64,000 nt of DNA. Origin: an uncultured Geobacteraceae bacterium. GTDB taxonomy: Bacteria > Desulfobacterota > Desulfuromonadia > Geobacterales > Geobacteraceae. Positions within the stretch are counted from its first letter, which is position 1, and every line of letters begins with the position of its first letter. The stretch is taken from contig CAZYTM010000001.1 in the NCBI GenBank assembly GCA_964649725.1, positions 749,675 through 813,674 of the forward strand, in the 5' to 3' direction. Below the pieces are notes generated by a model, which ran no database searches, was not told the DNA's origin, and was given only the letters and a program-made list of their open reading frames with translations. Made by a program: the position numbers and the translations under genes. Positions 9,841 to 18,876 of the stretch are shown here, one piece after another.

Positions 9841-10326
9841 ATGGCAGAAAATAATCGCGCAGTAATAAAGCTAAAAGAGCAATTCGCCGCCTCCATAATT
9901 GAAGTCAAGGAGTTTCGTGGCGAGGTGACCATCACGGTCAATAAGCAGGACATAGTGGCGATCTGCAAGTTCCTCAAAAATACATTGCAATACAACATGC
10001 TGACCGATGTGACTGCAGTCGATTACCTGGGGCGGGAGCCCCGCTTCATGATGGTCTATAATCTTTATTCGATCCCGAACAAGGACCGGCTGCGCATCAA
10101 AGCCCCGGTCGCCGAAGCTGACTGCAGCATCGATACGCTTAGCGTGCTGTGGGAAAGTGCCAACTGGCTGGAGCGGGAAGTATTCGACCTTTTCGGGGTA
10201 ACCTTCAACAATCACCCTGACCTGCGCCGCATCTTGATGACGGACGACTGGGTCGGCCACCCGTTGCGCAAGGACTATCCGCTTCAGGGACCTGGCCGGG
10301 AGCCATACAAAGGGCGTTTATCATAA
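9841..10326 (+). CDS. nuoC: NADH-quinone oxidoreductase subunit C
   Basis: 30-kDa subunit motif ANWLEREVFDLFGVTFNNHPDLRRIL. Confidence 0.95.
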   Translation: MAENNRAVIKLKEQFAASIIEVKEFRGEVTITVNKQDIVAICKFLKNTLQYNMLTDVTAVDYLGREPRFMMVYNLYSIPNKDRLRIKAPVAEADCSIDTLSVLWESANWLEREVFDLFGVTFNNHPDLRRILMTDDWVGHPLRKDYPLQGPGREPYKGRLS

Positions 10327-10368
10327 CTCACAGACCGAGCATTTTTATCTTAATACCAGAGGCGAGCA

Positions 10369-11541
10369 ATGGCTAGTAAAGAGATTATGACGCTTAACAT
10401 GGGTCCGCAGCATCCAAGTACCCACGGCGTGTTGCGGATGGTTATCGAACTCGATGGCGAAGTGATCCAGAAGATCACCCCGCATATCGGCTATCTGCAT
10501 CGTGGTGTGGAGAAGCTCTCCGAGCACCGCACCTATCATCAGACCATCCCCCTGACCGACCGGCTCGACTATTTGGCTCCGATGAGTAATAATCTGGGCT
10601 ATGTGTTGGCAGTGGAAAAGCTGCTCGGCATCGAGGTGCCGGAGCGGGCACAGGTTGTTAGGGTCATCCTAACTGAACTGACCCGTATCAAATCACATCT
10701 GGTCTGGATCGCTTGTCATGCTCTTGATATCGGAGCCATGACGGTATTTATCTATGCCTTCCGCGAGCGTGAGAAGGTGATGCAGTTGTATGAAAAGATT
10801 TCCGGTGCCCGTATGACAAGTAACTATTTCCGTGTCGGCGGGCTCTCTGCAGAACTGTACGATGGTTTTGAAAAGGATGTGAAGGAGATTATCGACACCT
10901 TCCCTGGGTATTTCGATACCTATGAAGGTTTGTTGACCAAGAACACCATCTGGATGCAGCGGACTATCGGTAACGGCGTTATCTCTGCTGAGGATGCCAT
11001 AAGTTATGGGATTACCGGCCCAGCCCTGCGTGGCTCCGGAGTCGATTGGGATCTGCGTCGTGACAATCCTTACAGCGGTTACGAAAAATACAAGTTCAAA
11101 ATCCCTGTAGGCGAAAATTGCGACACCTATGATCGATACAAGGTTCGTCTGATAGAGTTACGGGAAGCAGTCAATATCGTAAGTCAGGCCCTTGCATCTC
11201 TCAAACCGGGACCGATCCTTGCCGACTTACCGCAGGTCTGCTATCCAAATAAGGAAGACGTTTACAACACCATCGAGGGGTTGATCCATCACTTCAAGAT
11301 TGCCAGTGAAGGTTTTCCTGTCCCTGAAGGTGAGGTCTACCAAGGTGTCGAGGCACCCAAGGGAGAACTCGGCTTCTATATTGTCAGCGATGGTGGCACC
11401 AAGCCATACCGTATGCGAATTCGGGGTCCCTCATTTATCAACCTGGGTGCTATAGAAAAGATGGCAAAAGGAGCTATGATTGCTGACCTCGTGGCAGTAA
11501 TTGGTACCCTTGATATCGTTCTCGGTGAAATTGACCGCTAA
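10369..11541 (+). CDS. nuoD: NADH-quinone oxidoreductase subunit D
   Basis: 49-kDa subunit: LNMGPQHPSTHGVLR, HIGYLHRGVEK, C-terminal DIVLGEIDR. Confidence 0.95.
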   Translation: MASKEIMTLNMGPQHPSTHGVLRMVIELDGEVIQKITPHIGYLHRGVEKLSEHRTYHQTIPLTDRLDYLAPMSNNLGYVLAVEKLLGIEVPERAQVVRVILTELTRIKSHLVWIACHALDIGAMTVFIYAFREREKVMQLYEKISGARMTSNYFRVGGLSAELYDGFEKDVKEIIDTFPGYFDTYEGLLTKNTIWMQRTIGNGVISAEDAISYGITGPALRGSGVDWDLRRDNPYSGYEKYKFKIPVGENCDTYDRYKVRLIELREAVNIVSQALASLKPGPILADLPQVCYPNKEDVYNTIEGLIHHFKIASEGFPVPEGEVYQGVEAPKGELGFYIVSDGGTKPYRMRIRGPSFINLGAIEKMAKGAMIADLVAVIGTLDIVLGEIDR

Positions 11542-11561
11542 GACCACCTTGCCTAAAGGAG

Positions 11562-12080
11562 ATGGCGTCCATGAGTACTGCGACTGCCGAGCAGCAACCA
11601 ACAGAAGAAATCGATCTGGCCATAGCCAATCATGTAATTGACAAGTATCTTACACTGCCCGGCAATCTAATGCCTGTACTGCAGGGGATACAAGACGAAT
11701 ATGGTTACGTGCCGAAGCCTACAATAGACCTGGTGGCCGAAAGGCTCAATGTGTATCCTAGCCAGATATTTGGTGTGCTGACATTCTACGCCCAGTTTCA
11801 TCTCAAGCCTCGTGGACGATTTATTATCAGGGTCTGCGTCGGTACCGCATGTCACGTACAGGGCGCGCCAAGAATTGTAGAGACATTTTTCGACAAGCTC
11901 GGCATCGGCCATGCTGAAACCAGTCCGGACCTTCGTTACACCTTCGAAAAGGTTGCCTGCCTCGGTGCCTGTGGCATGGCCCCTCTAGCCATGGTTAATG
12001 ATGCGACGTACGGTTCGATGACGGTACAAAAGGTGAATGACATAATTGCGGATTACAACCAGAGGCCGATGAAGAAGTAA
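11562..12080 (+). CDS. nuoE: NADH-quinone oxidoreductase subunit E
   Basis: Thioredoxin-like 2Fe-2S motifs VCVGTACHVQG and CLGACGMAP. The second ATG at 11571 has better SD spacing than 11562. Confidence 0.95.
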   Translation: MASMSTATAEQQPTEEIDLAIANHVIDKYLTLPGNLMPVLQGIQDEYGYVPKPTIDLVAERLNVYPSQIFGVLTFYAQFHLKPRGRFIIRVCVGTACHVQGAPRIVETFFDKLGIGHAETSPDLRYTFEKVACLGACGMAPLAMVNDATYGSMTVQKVNDIIADYNQRPMKK

Positions 12081-12115
12081 GTAACCTGAAACTTTCCGGC
12101 AGGGGACGATTCCTT

Positions 12116-13897
12116 ATGAGCGATAATGCAGCTATAAAAATTTTGATCTGCCAAGGCACCGGTGGTGTATCGATGGGTGCCTACGAGGTCGAGGCCGAAT
12201 TCAACAGGGTGATTGCCGAAAAAGGTGTTGATGCTGTAGTCGGCAAACGTTGCGATGTCATCAAGACCGGATGCCGTGGTCTCTGCGCAAATGACGTTTT
12301 GGTGGACATCATAACCCCCGAGCAGGGCCGGGTTACCTACGATTTCGTCAGAGCGGATGAGGTCGAGAAGATCATAGATGAACATATCATCAACAAAACG
12401 GTAATAGAGAAGCGAAAGGCGAAGCCATACTACAACCAGTTCGTTGACGCCCAGATGCGGGTGGTCATGACCGGTTGCGGGCAGATTAACCCGGAAGAAC
12501 TAGGCGCCTACCTGGACGAAGACGGTTTCAAAGCGATCGAAAAGTGTGTCAAGGAGATGACACCGACCGAGATTATCGAGGCGGTCAAGAAATCCGGACT
12601 CCGTGGCCGTGGAGGGGGAGGCTTCCCCACCGGGATGAAGTGGTCGTTCTGTGCAGCTACTCCGGGCAAGCAGAAGTATGTCATCTGTAATGCGGACGAA
12701 GGAGACCCCGGGGCTTTCATGGACCGTTCCCTGTTGGAAGGCGATCCTTATTGTATCATTGAAGGGATGATGATCGCCGCATATGCAATAGGTTGTACTG
12801 CTGGTTATGTTTATGTTCGTGCTGAGTACCCGCTGGCGATCGAGCGATTGCAAATGGCCCTTGATACCTGTTACGAAAAAGGGTATCTCGGGAAGAATAT
12901 TATGGGGTTAGGATTTGATTTTGACCTTCGTATCAAGAAAGGAGCTGGCGCTTTTGTCTGCGGTGAAGAGACTGCGCTGATGGCTTCCATTGAGGGTGAG
13001 CGTGGTATGCCTAGGCCCAGACCACCGTTTCCTGCCGTTAAAGGCCTGTGGGGAAAACCGACCAATATTAACAATGTGGAGACCTTTGCCAACGTACGCC
13101 ACATTATACTGCGCGGCGCTGAATGGTATGCTTCGCTTGGCACCGAAACCACCAAGGGGACCAAAATATTTGCCGTTACCGGCAAGGTCAAGCATACCGG
13201 ACTGGTTGAAGTACCGGCCGGCATGACTGTCCGTTCAGTCATCTATGATGTTTGCGGAGGGATTCTCAATAATCGCAAGTTCAAAGCAGTCCAGGCTGGA
13301 GGCCCTTCTGGTGGCTGTATCCCAGGAGAGATCCTCGACACTCCGGTTGATTTCGATTCATTGATTAAGGCCGGCGCCATGATGGGTTCCGGTGGTCTGG
13401 TGGTGATGGACGAGACTACCTGCATGGTGGACGTGGCCCAGTTCTTCCTTAGTTTTACCAGAATGGAGTCATGCGGTAAATGTGTACCTTGCCGGATTGG
13501 ACTTAAGGCGATGCTAGACATCCTGCAGCGGATTACCGAAGGGCGAGGCGAGCCGTCGGATATTGATACCCTGCTGGAGATGGGGACGACCATCAAGAAG
13601 GCTTCACTCTGCGGCCTAGGTCAGACTGCACCTAATCCTATTCTCTCTACCATCAAATATTTCCGGCACGAGTATGAAGCGCATATAAATGATAAGCGCT
13701 GCCCATCCAATTGCTGCAAGGAACTACTCCTCTGGCAGGTAGTCGAAGAGAAATGTGTCAAGTGCGGAGCCTGCCTGAAGGCCTGCCCAGTTGATGCGAT
13801 TGAATGGGAAAAAGGCAAGATTGCCTATCTGATCAAGGATAAATGCACCAAGTGTAAGTCCTGCTATGATGTATGTCGCTTTATGGCGATTGAGTAG
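12116..13897 (+). CDS. nuoF: NADH-quinone oxidoreductase subunit F, enlarged HydB-like form (extra N-terminal thioredoxin-like domain and C-terminal 2x[4Fe-4S] ferredoxin domain)
   Basis: Core: GLRGRGGGGFPTGMKW (FMN/NADH) and ESCGKCVPCRIG (N3). Extras: N-terminal ILICQGTGG...TGCRGLC and C-terminal CVKCGACLKACP plus CTKCKSCYDVC. 593 aa. Confidence 0.95.
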   Translation: MSDNAAIKILICQGTGGVSMGAYEVEAEFNRVIAEKGVDAVVGKRCDVIKTGCRGLCANDVLVDIITPEQGRVTYDFVRADEVEKIIDEHIINKTVIEKRKAKPYYNQFVDAQMRVVMTGCGQINPEELGAYLDEDGFKAIEKCVKEMTPTEIIEAVKKSGLRGRGGGGFPTGMKWSFCAATPGKQKYVICNADEGDPGAFMDRSLLEGDPYCIIEGMMIAAYAIGCTAGYVYVRAEYPLAIERLQMALDTCYEKGYLGKNIMGLGFDFDLRIKKGAGAFVCGEETALMASIEGERGMPRPRPPFPAVKGLWGKPTNINNVETFANVRHIILRGAEWYASLGTETTKGTKIFAVTGKVKHTGLVEVPAGMTVRSVIYDVCGGILNNRKFKAVQAGGPSGGCIPGEILDTPVDFDSLIKAGAMMGSGGLVVMDETTCMVDVAQFFLSFTRMESCGKCVPCRIGLKAMLDILQRITEGRGEPSDIDTLLEMGTTIKKASLCGLGQTAPNPILSTIKYFRHEYEAHINDKRCPSNCCKELLLWQVVEEKCVKCGACLKACPVDAIEWEKGKIAYLIKDKCTKCKSCYDVCRFMAIE

Positions 13898-13938
13898 TTG
13901 CTACCCAAGTACACATCCGAGGGAGAGTAGAGGTCGAG

Positions 13939-16428
13939 ATGGTAAATCTTACAATCGATGACAAACAGGTAACGGTAGCGAAAGACGCGACCATCTACGA
14001 TGCGGCCGTTGCGGCAGGCATCCGTATTCCGATTCTCTGTCACGACAAGAAACTTCTGCCGTTTGGCGGTTGCCGTATGTGTCTGGTCGAGGTCGAGCAG
14101 ATGAAGGGGCGACAGATACCTGCCTGTACCACTCCGGTTACAGAGGGCATGATCGTTCGGACCTCGACTGAAGAGATAGTCCAGGCTCGCAAGATGGTAC
14201 TGGAACTGCTGTTGCTCAAGCATCCTCTCGACTGTCCGGTCTGTGATGCCGCTGGTGATTGTGATCTGCAGAACCTCACCTACGAATACAAAATAACGGC
14301 AAATCGTTTCCAGGACGAGAAGTTCAAATATGAGATTGACTATGAAAATAAGCTCATTGAACGGGATATGAACCGTTGTGTTTTGTGCGGAAAATGTTCC
14401 CGTATATGTGACGAAATAGTTAGCTATGGAGCTCTTTCGTTTGTTAACCGTGGGCTAGAGGCAAATATTGCGACACCTTTTAACGGTCCGCTTGAATGTG
14501 AATTCTGTGGATCTTGTATTTCCGTCTGCCCAGTAGGGGCACTAATATCCAGGCCTTTTAAATTCAAGGCTCGCTGGTGGGCTCTTAACAAAGTTAAGAC
14601 GGTATGCTCCTATTGTGGTACCGGTTGTCAGCTGACACTTGGAGTAAAGGACAATCAGGTAATAACCACTGTCTATGATGAGAATCAGGGGTTCCATAAT
14701 GGCCAGCTCTGTACCCGTGGCCGTTTTGGATATCAGTTTGTCAACAGTCCCAAGCGACTTAATAAACCTTTGGTACGCAAGAATGGCCAGTTGGTTGAAG
14801 CAAGTTGGGAAGAAGCATTGAAACTTGTCAGTGATCGCCTAAAATCAGCAAAAGCTAGCAATCCATCTGCAGTGGCCGGGCTGGTTACGCCACGGCTAAC
14901 AAACGAAGAGCTTTACCTCTTCCGCAAATTGCTCAAGGAAGCAGTTGGCACCGACAATGTCGATCATTCTGCAGGATATGCCCATAGTGCATTGACTATC
15001 GGTGCACAGGCTAGCCTCGGCTATGCATCATCACCTTCACTTATCAGCGATATTCAGAAGGCCAATCTGCTTCTTGTCATCAAGAGCGATGCATATGAGA
15101 CGCATCCGGTGCTCGGTTTCGAAATAAATATGGGAGTAAAGAACAAGGAGATCGTCCTTAGAATTCTCTCAGATAAAAAAGGGAAACTGGGCAAACTCCC
15201 CAAGGCGATAACGCACCTGCACAAGCCTGGGAATGAGATGGCAGTTATCAACGCCATGGCCAAGGTAATTATTGATGAAAATCTGGTTGATGGGTCGGCC
15301 AGCTCCATTAGCGGTTTTGATTCATACAAAGGTAGTCTGGCTGGTTATGCACCGGAACAGGTAGCTGCCAGTACTGGTCTTGGCGCCGAAGATATACGCA
15401 ATCTGGCACGTGAATATGCTAAGGCAGAAAAGGCGCTCATCATGCTGCCGCTGGGCCATGGGTATCCTGGGCATGATGCCAAGCTGGCCCAGGCACTCCT
15501 CAACCTCGCATTCCTGACCGGCAAAATCGGCAAGGAAGGTAGTGGCGTTCTCTTCCTGGGAGAAAAGAACAACAGCCAGGGAGCGGTTGATATGGGGCTC
15601 TTCCCGACAGCCGGTGGAAAGGTAGCATCTGCTATTATTGATGGTTGCGCCACTGGTGCCATTAACACTCTTTATATAGCTGGCGAAAACCCGGTGGTAT
15701 CCTACCCGGAGCGGAAAAAGGTAGAGGCTGCCCTCGACAAGGTTGAATTTTTAGTGGTGCAGGATCTCTTCCTCACCGAAACGGCAGCCAAGGCCCACGT
15801 GGTGCTGCCGGCCTGTTCCTTTGCTGAGAAGGAAGGGAGCTTTACCAGTGTTGGCCGGGTAGTGCAGAAGATCAATAAGGCAATTCCACCGGTAGGTGAG
15901 TCTCGCAGTGATTTTGTCATCTTCAAAGAGCTCTATGCTGCTTTAGGGGGCGAAGGTAATTACAAAAACGTGAGTGATCTGTTTGTTGAGATCAGTAACA
16001 CGAATGCAGCTTATAAAGGACTGAGTCTGGCAAGTCTTGGTGAAGAAGGGGCGATTTTACCAGTTGCTGGTCAAGCCAGTTTCATTGCTGTTGATGCACC
16101 GGTAGTTGCTGGTGAAGCAGATAAGCTAGCATTGTTAACAGGCAGTGCGCTCTATCATTGTGGCACAATGTCGCTTTACGGTGAAGGGCCAATGGCAGTC
16201 TGTCCTGATGCCTATATAGAGTTTGGACGGGAAGATGCCATATCTCGCTCTATTGCTGATGGCGATCTTGTCACTGTCAAAGCTCCTGGAGGCGAATTAA
16301 AGCTGAAGGCCAAGGTTGGCTCTCGGTTGCCACAGGGGGTTGTATTTGCTCCATATCACTTTGCCGATGCCTCAATTAATAACCTGATCAAAGGGACTGC
16401 TGTCACTTGGGTTAGCGTGAGTAAATAG
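13939..16428 (+). CDS. nuoG: NADH-quinone oxidoreductase subunit G
   Basis: N-terminal 2Fe-2S (CRMCLVEV), HPLDCPVCDAAGDCDLQ, CVLCGKCSRIC, CEFCGSCISVCP, then a MopB-like domain with CSYCGTGC. Confidence 0.95.
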   Translation: MVNLTIDDKQVTVAKDATIYDAAVAAGIRIPILCHDKKLLPFGGCRMCLVEVEQMKGRQIPACTTPVTEGMIVRTSTEEIVQARKMVLELLLLKHPLDCPVCDAAGDCDLQNLTYEYKITANRFQDEKFKYEIDYENKLIERDMNRCVLCGKCSRICDEIVSYGALSFVNRGLEANIATPFNGPLECEFCGSCISVCPVGALISRPFKFKARWWALNKVKTVCSYCGTGCQLTLGVKDNQVITTVYDENQGFHNGQLCTRGRFGYQFVNSPKRLNKPLVRKNGQLVEASWEEALKLVSDRLKSAKASNPSAVAGLVTPRLTNEELYLFRKLLKEAVGTDNVDHSAGYAHSALTIGAQASLGYASSPSLISDIQKANLLLVIKSDAYETHPVLGFEINMGVKNKEIVLRILSDKKGKLGKLPKAITHLHKPGNEMAVINAMAKVIIDENLVDGSASSISGFDSYKGSLAGYAPEQVAASTGLGAEDIRNLAREYAKAEKALIMLPLGHGYPGHDAKLAQALLNLAFLTGKIGKEGSGVLFLGEKNNSQGAVDMGLFPTAGGKVASAIIDGCATGAINTLYIAGENPVVSYPERKKVEAALDKVEFLVVQDLFLTETAAKAHVVLPACSFAEKEGSFTSVGRVVQKINKAIPPVGESRSDFVIFKELYAALGGEGNYKNVSDLFVEISNTNAAYKGLSLASLGEEGAILPVAGQASFIAVDAPVVAGEADKLALLTGSALYHCGTMSLYGEGPMAVCPDAYIEFGREDAISRSIADGDLVTVKAPGGELKLKAKVGSRLPQGVVFAPYHFADASINNLIKGTAVTWVSVSK

Positions 16429-16468
16429 TAGATAATGCTTAATTCCACACAGAGGGGAAGAGGATAAG

Positions 16469-17536
16469 ATGGATACGCTCATTTTAGGACTGCCGATTGC
16501 GTACTATATTGCCATGCTTGCCAAGGTTCTTGTAGCTTTCATATTCGTGCTGCTCACCGTGGCCTATGCAACCTACGCTGAAAGGAAGATCATCGGCCAC
16601 ATGCAAGTCCGCCTTGGTCCAATGCGGACCGGCTGGCATGGTCTGTTGCAGCCGATTGCTGACGGCGTAAAACTCTTCTTTAAAGAAGAGATCATCCCGG
16701 CACAGGCAAGTACCTTCGCCTTTCTCATCGCCCCGCTAGTGGCGTTGATAACAGCCTTTATCTCTTTTGCAGTCATTCCATTCGGCAGCACTATCGAAGT
16801 TATGGGCTACAAAGTACCGCTGCAGATTGCAGGTTATTACGACAAGGGGTTGGACAAGGTATTTGACGTAAATGTCGGAGTCCTCTATATCCTGGCAGTT
16901 GCTTCACTCGGAGTATACGGTATCGTTCTGGCGGGCTGGGCATCAAATAGCAAATACTCTCTGCTTGGCGGGCTACGTGCCTCTGCACAGATGATCTCTT
17001 ACGAACTTGCAGCTGGTTTGGCTATTATTTCAGTATTCCTTATGTCTGGATCGCTGTCGCTACAGCAGATTGTCGCTGATCAGACTGGAGCATTCGGTGT
17101 AGCTGGCTGGTATATATTCCGCAACCCCTGCACTTTCCTGGCAGCAATCATCTTCTTCATCTGCTCCATCGCCGAGATCAACCGTACCCCGTTCGACTTA
17201 CCCGAAGCAGAGACTGAACTGGTCTCCGGCTTCTGTACTGAATACTCAAGTATGAAATACGCAATGTTCTTCATGGCTGAGTATGCCAACATGATTACAG
17301 TATGTGCCGTAACTACCACCCTTTTCCTCGGTGGCTGGCATGGCCCCGGATTCCTCCCTGGCTGGTGCTGGTTTATCGCCAAGGTGTACGCCCTCATCTT
17401 CCTCTGCATGTGGATCAGGGCGACCTATCCTCGCTATCGTTATGACCAGCTTATGCGTCTTGGATGGAAATTCTTCCTGCCGATTACGCTTTTGAATGTC
17501 GTGGCGACCGGCATCTGGATTCTGGTAACTACTTAG
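16469..17536 (+). CDS. nuoH: NADH-quinone oxidoreductase subunit H
   Basis: ND1-like: AERKIIGHMQVRLGP, EAETELVSGFCTEYS, ATYPRYRYDQLM. Confidence 0.95.
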   Translation: MDTLILGLPIAYYIAMLAKVLVAFIFVLLTVAYATYAERKIIGHMQVRLGPMRTGWHGLLQPIADGVKLFFKEEIIPAQASTFAFLIAPLVALITAFISFAVIPFGSTIEVMGYKVPLQIAGYYDKGLDKVFDVNVGVLYILAVASLGVYGIVLAGWASNSKYSLLGGLRASAQMISYELAAGLAIISVFLMSGSLSLQQIVADQTGAFGVAGWYIFRNPCTFLAAIIFFICSIAEINRTPFDLPEAETELVSGFCTEYSSMKYAMFFMAEYANMITVCAVTTTLFLGGWHGPGFLPGWCWFIAKVYALIFLCMWIRATYPRYRYDQLMRLGWKFFLPITLLNVVATGIWILVTT

Positions 17537-17592
17537 GGCTGCGGTATCGTTAGATTGTGCACAACTTCTTAAATCAGAAGAGGATATAACCC

Positions 17593-17991
17593 ATGATAAT
17601 GCCGCTGATTAATGGACTCAAGATTACATTCAAACACATGTTCATGAAACCGGTTACCCTTCAGTATCCGAAGGAAAGGCCAGTGGTATTGTCTAATTAC
17701 CGCGGTCTGCATGCCTTGAATGTCTCCCGTGACCGGGCCAAGTGTGTTGCCTGTTACCTATGCCCCACTGTCTGCCCGGCAAAGTGTATCACTGTCGAGG
17801 CGATGGAGGATGCAAATCACGATAAACATGCCGCAGTTTACGAAATTGACCTACTCCGCTGCATCTTCTGTGGTTACTGTGTTGAGGCTTGTCCGGTTGA
17901 TGCGCTGAGAATGACACAGGCATTTGAGTTGGCAAACTACAAGCGGGAAGATTTCTTCTACGGCAAAGAGCGACTTTTAGAAAAGAAATAA
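17593..17991 (+). CDS. nuoI: NADH-quinone oxidoreductase subunit I
   Basis: Two 4Fe-4S motifs, CVACYLCPTVCP and CIFCGYCVEACP. Confidence 0.95.
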   Translation: MIMPLINGLKITFKHMFMKPVTLQYPKERPVVLSNYRGLHALNVSRDRAKCVACYLCPTVCPAKCITVEAMEDANHDKHAAVYEIDLLRCIFCGYCVEACPVDALRMTQAFELANYKREDFFYGKERLLEKK

Positions 17992-18002
17992 AGGAGCAGT
18001 CA

Positions 18003-18509
18003 ATGCTAGAAACGTTATTCTTTCTCATCGTGGCAGCGGTGGCTGTCCTTTCCAGCATCCTGGTGATCACCTGTAAGAATCCGATTAACAGCGCCCTGTC
18101 GTTGATAATGACATTCTTCTGTCTTGCCACCTTCTACGTCATGCTGGATGCCCCATTCATGGCTGCAATCCAGGTTATTGTCTATGCTGGTGCAATAATG
18201 GTGTTGATTGTATTTGTAATCATGCTCCTGAATATCAGGGCCGAAACAGGCAAGCGTTCCAATCATGCAGTTATACTTGGCGGTATTATGGGGTTCTTTG
18301 TCCTTTTTGAGGCCTGTTACTTCCTGAACCGGAGCAAGATTACCGGTACTGTCGGTAATATGACCAAGGAACTGATCAACCAACAGGGGCACACCGAAAT
18401 GATTGGTAAAGCGCTCTATACCGAATTCCTGCTACCGTTTGAGATAACCTCGCTACTGCTTTTGGTTGCTATAATTGGTGCCGTAGTACTGGCGAAGAAA
18501 AAAATATAA
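18003..18509 (+). CDS. nuoJ: NADH-quinone oxidoreductase subunit J
   Basis: ND6-like hydrophobic 168-aa protein in the conserved operon position. Confidence 0.9.
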   Translation: MLETLFFLIVAAVAVLSSILVITCKNPINSALSLIMTFFCLATFYVMLDAPFMAAIQVIVYAGAIMVLIVFVIMLLNIRAETGKRSNHAVILGGIMGFFVLFEACYFLNRSKITGTVGNMTKELINQQGHTEMIGKALYTEFLLPFEITSLLLLVAIIGAVVLAKKKI

Positions 18510-18534
18510 TATTTTAATCCTTAGAGGTGAGGAA

Positions 18535-18834
18535 ATGTCCATAGACAGCTATTTAATACTCAGCGCCATCATGTTTTCAATCGGCACCATCGGTGTGCTG
18601 ATCCGGCGAAACGCCATCGTCATATTCATGTGCGTTGAGCTGATGCTTAATGCCGTGAACCTCACATTTATAGCCCTATCCAAGCAGTTGGGGAATATCG
18701 ATGGACAGATATTTGTCTTCTTCGTAATGACCGTTGCTGCAGCTGAAGCAGCGGTTGGCTTGGCGCTTATGATTGCGTTCTTTAAGAACCGTGAATCTAT
18801 AGACGTTGAAGATATGAACGTGCTTAAGTGGTAA
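18535..18834 (+). CDS. nuoK: NADH-quinone oxidoreductase subunit K
   Basis: ND4L-like 99-aa, 3-TM protein (MCVELMLNAVNL, AAAEAAVGLA). Confidence 0.95.
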   Translation: MSIDSYLILSAIMFSIGTIGVLIRRNAIVIFMCVELMLNAVNLTFIALSKQLGNIDGQIFVFFVMTVAAAEAAVGLALMIAFFKNRESIDVEDMNVLKW

Positions 18835-18876
18835 CTGTAATCAAGTTTCAGGAACTATACAGAGAAGGAGTCTGGA

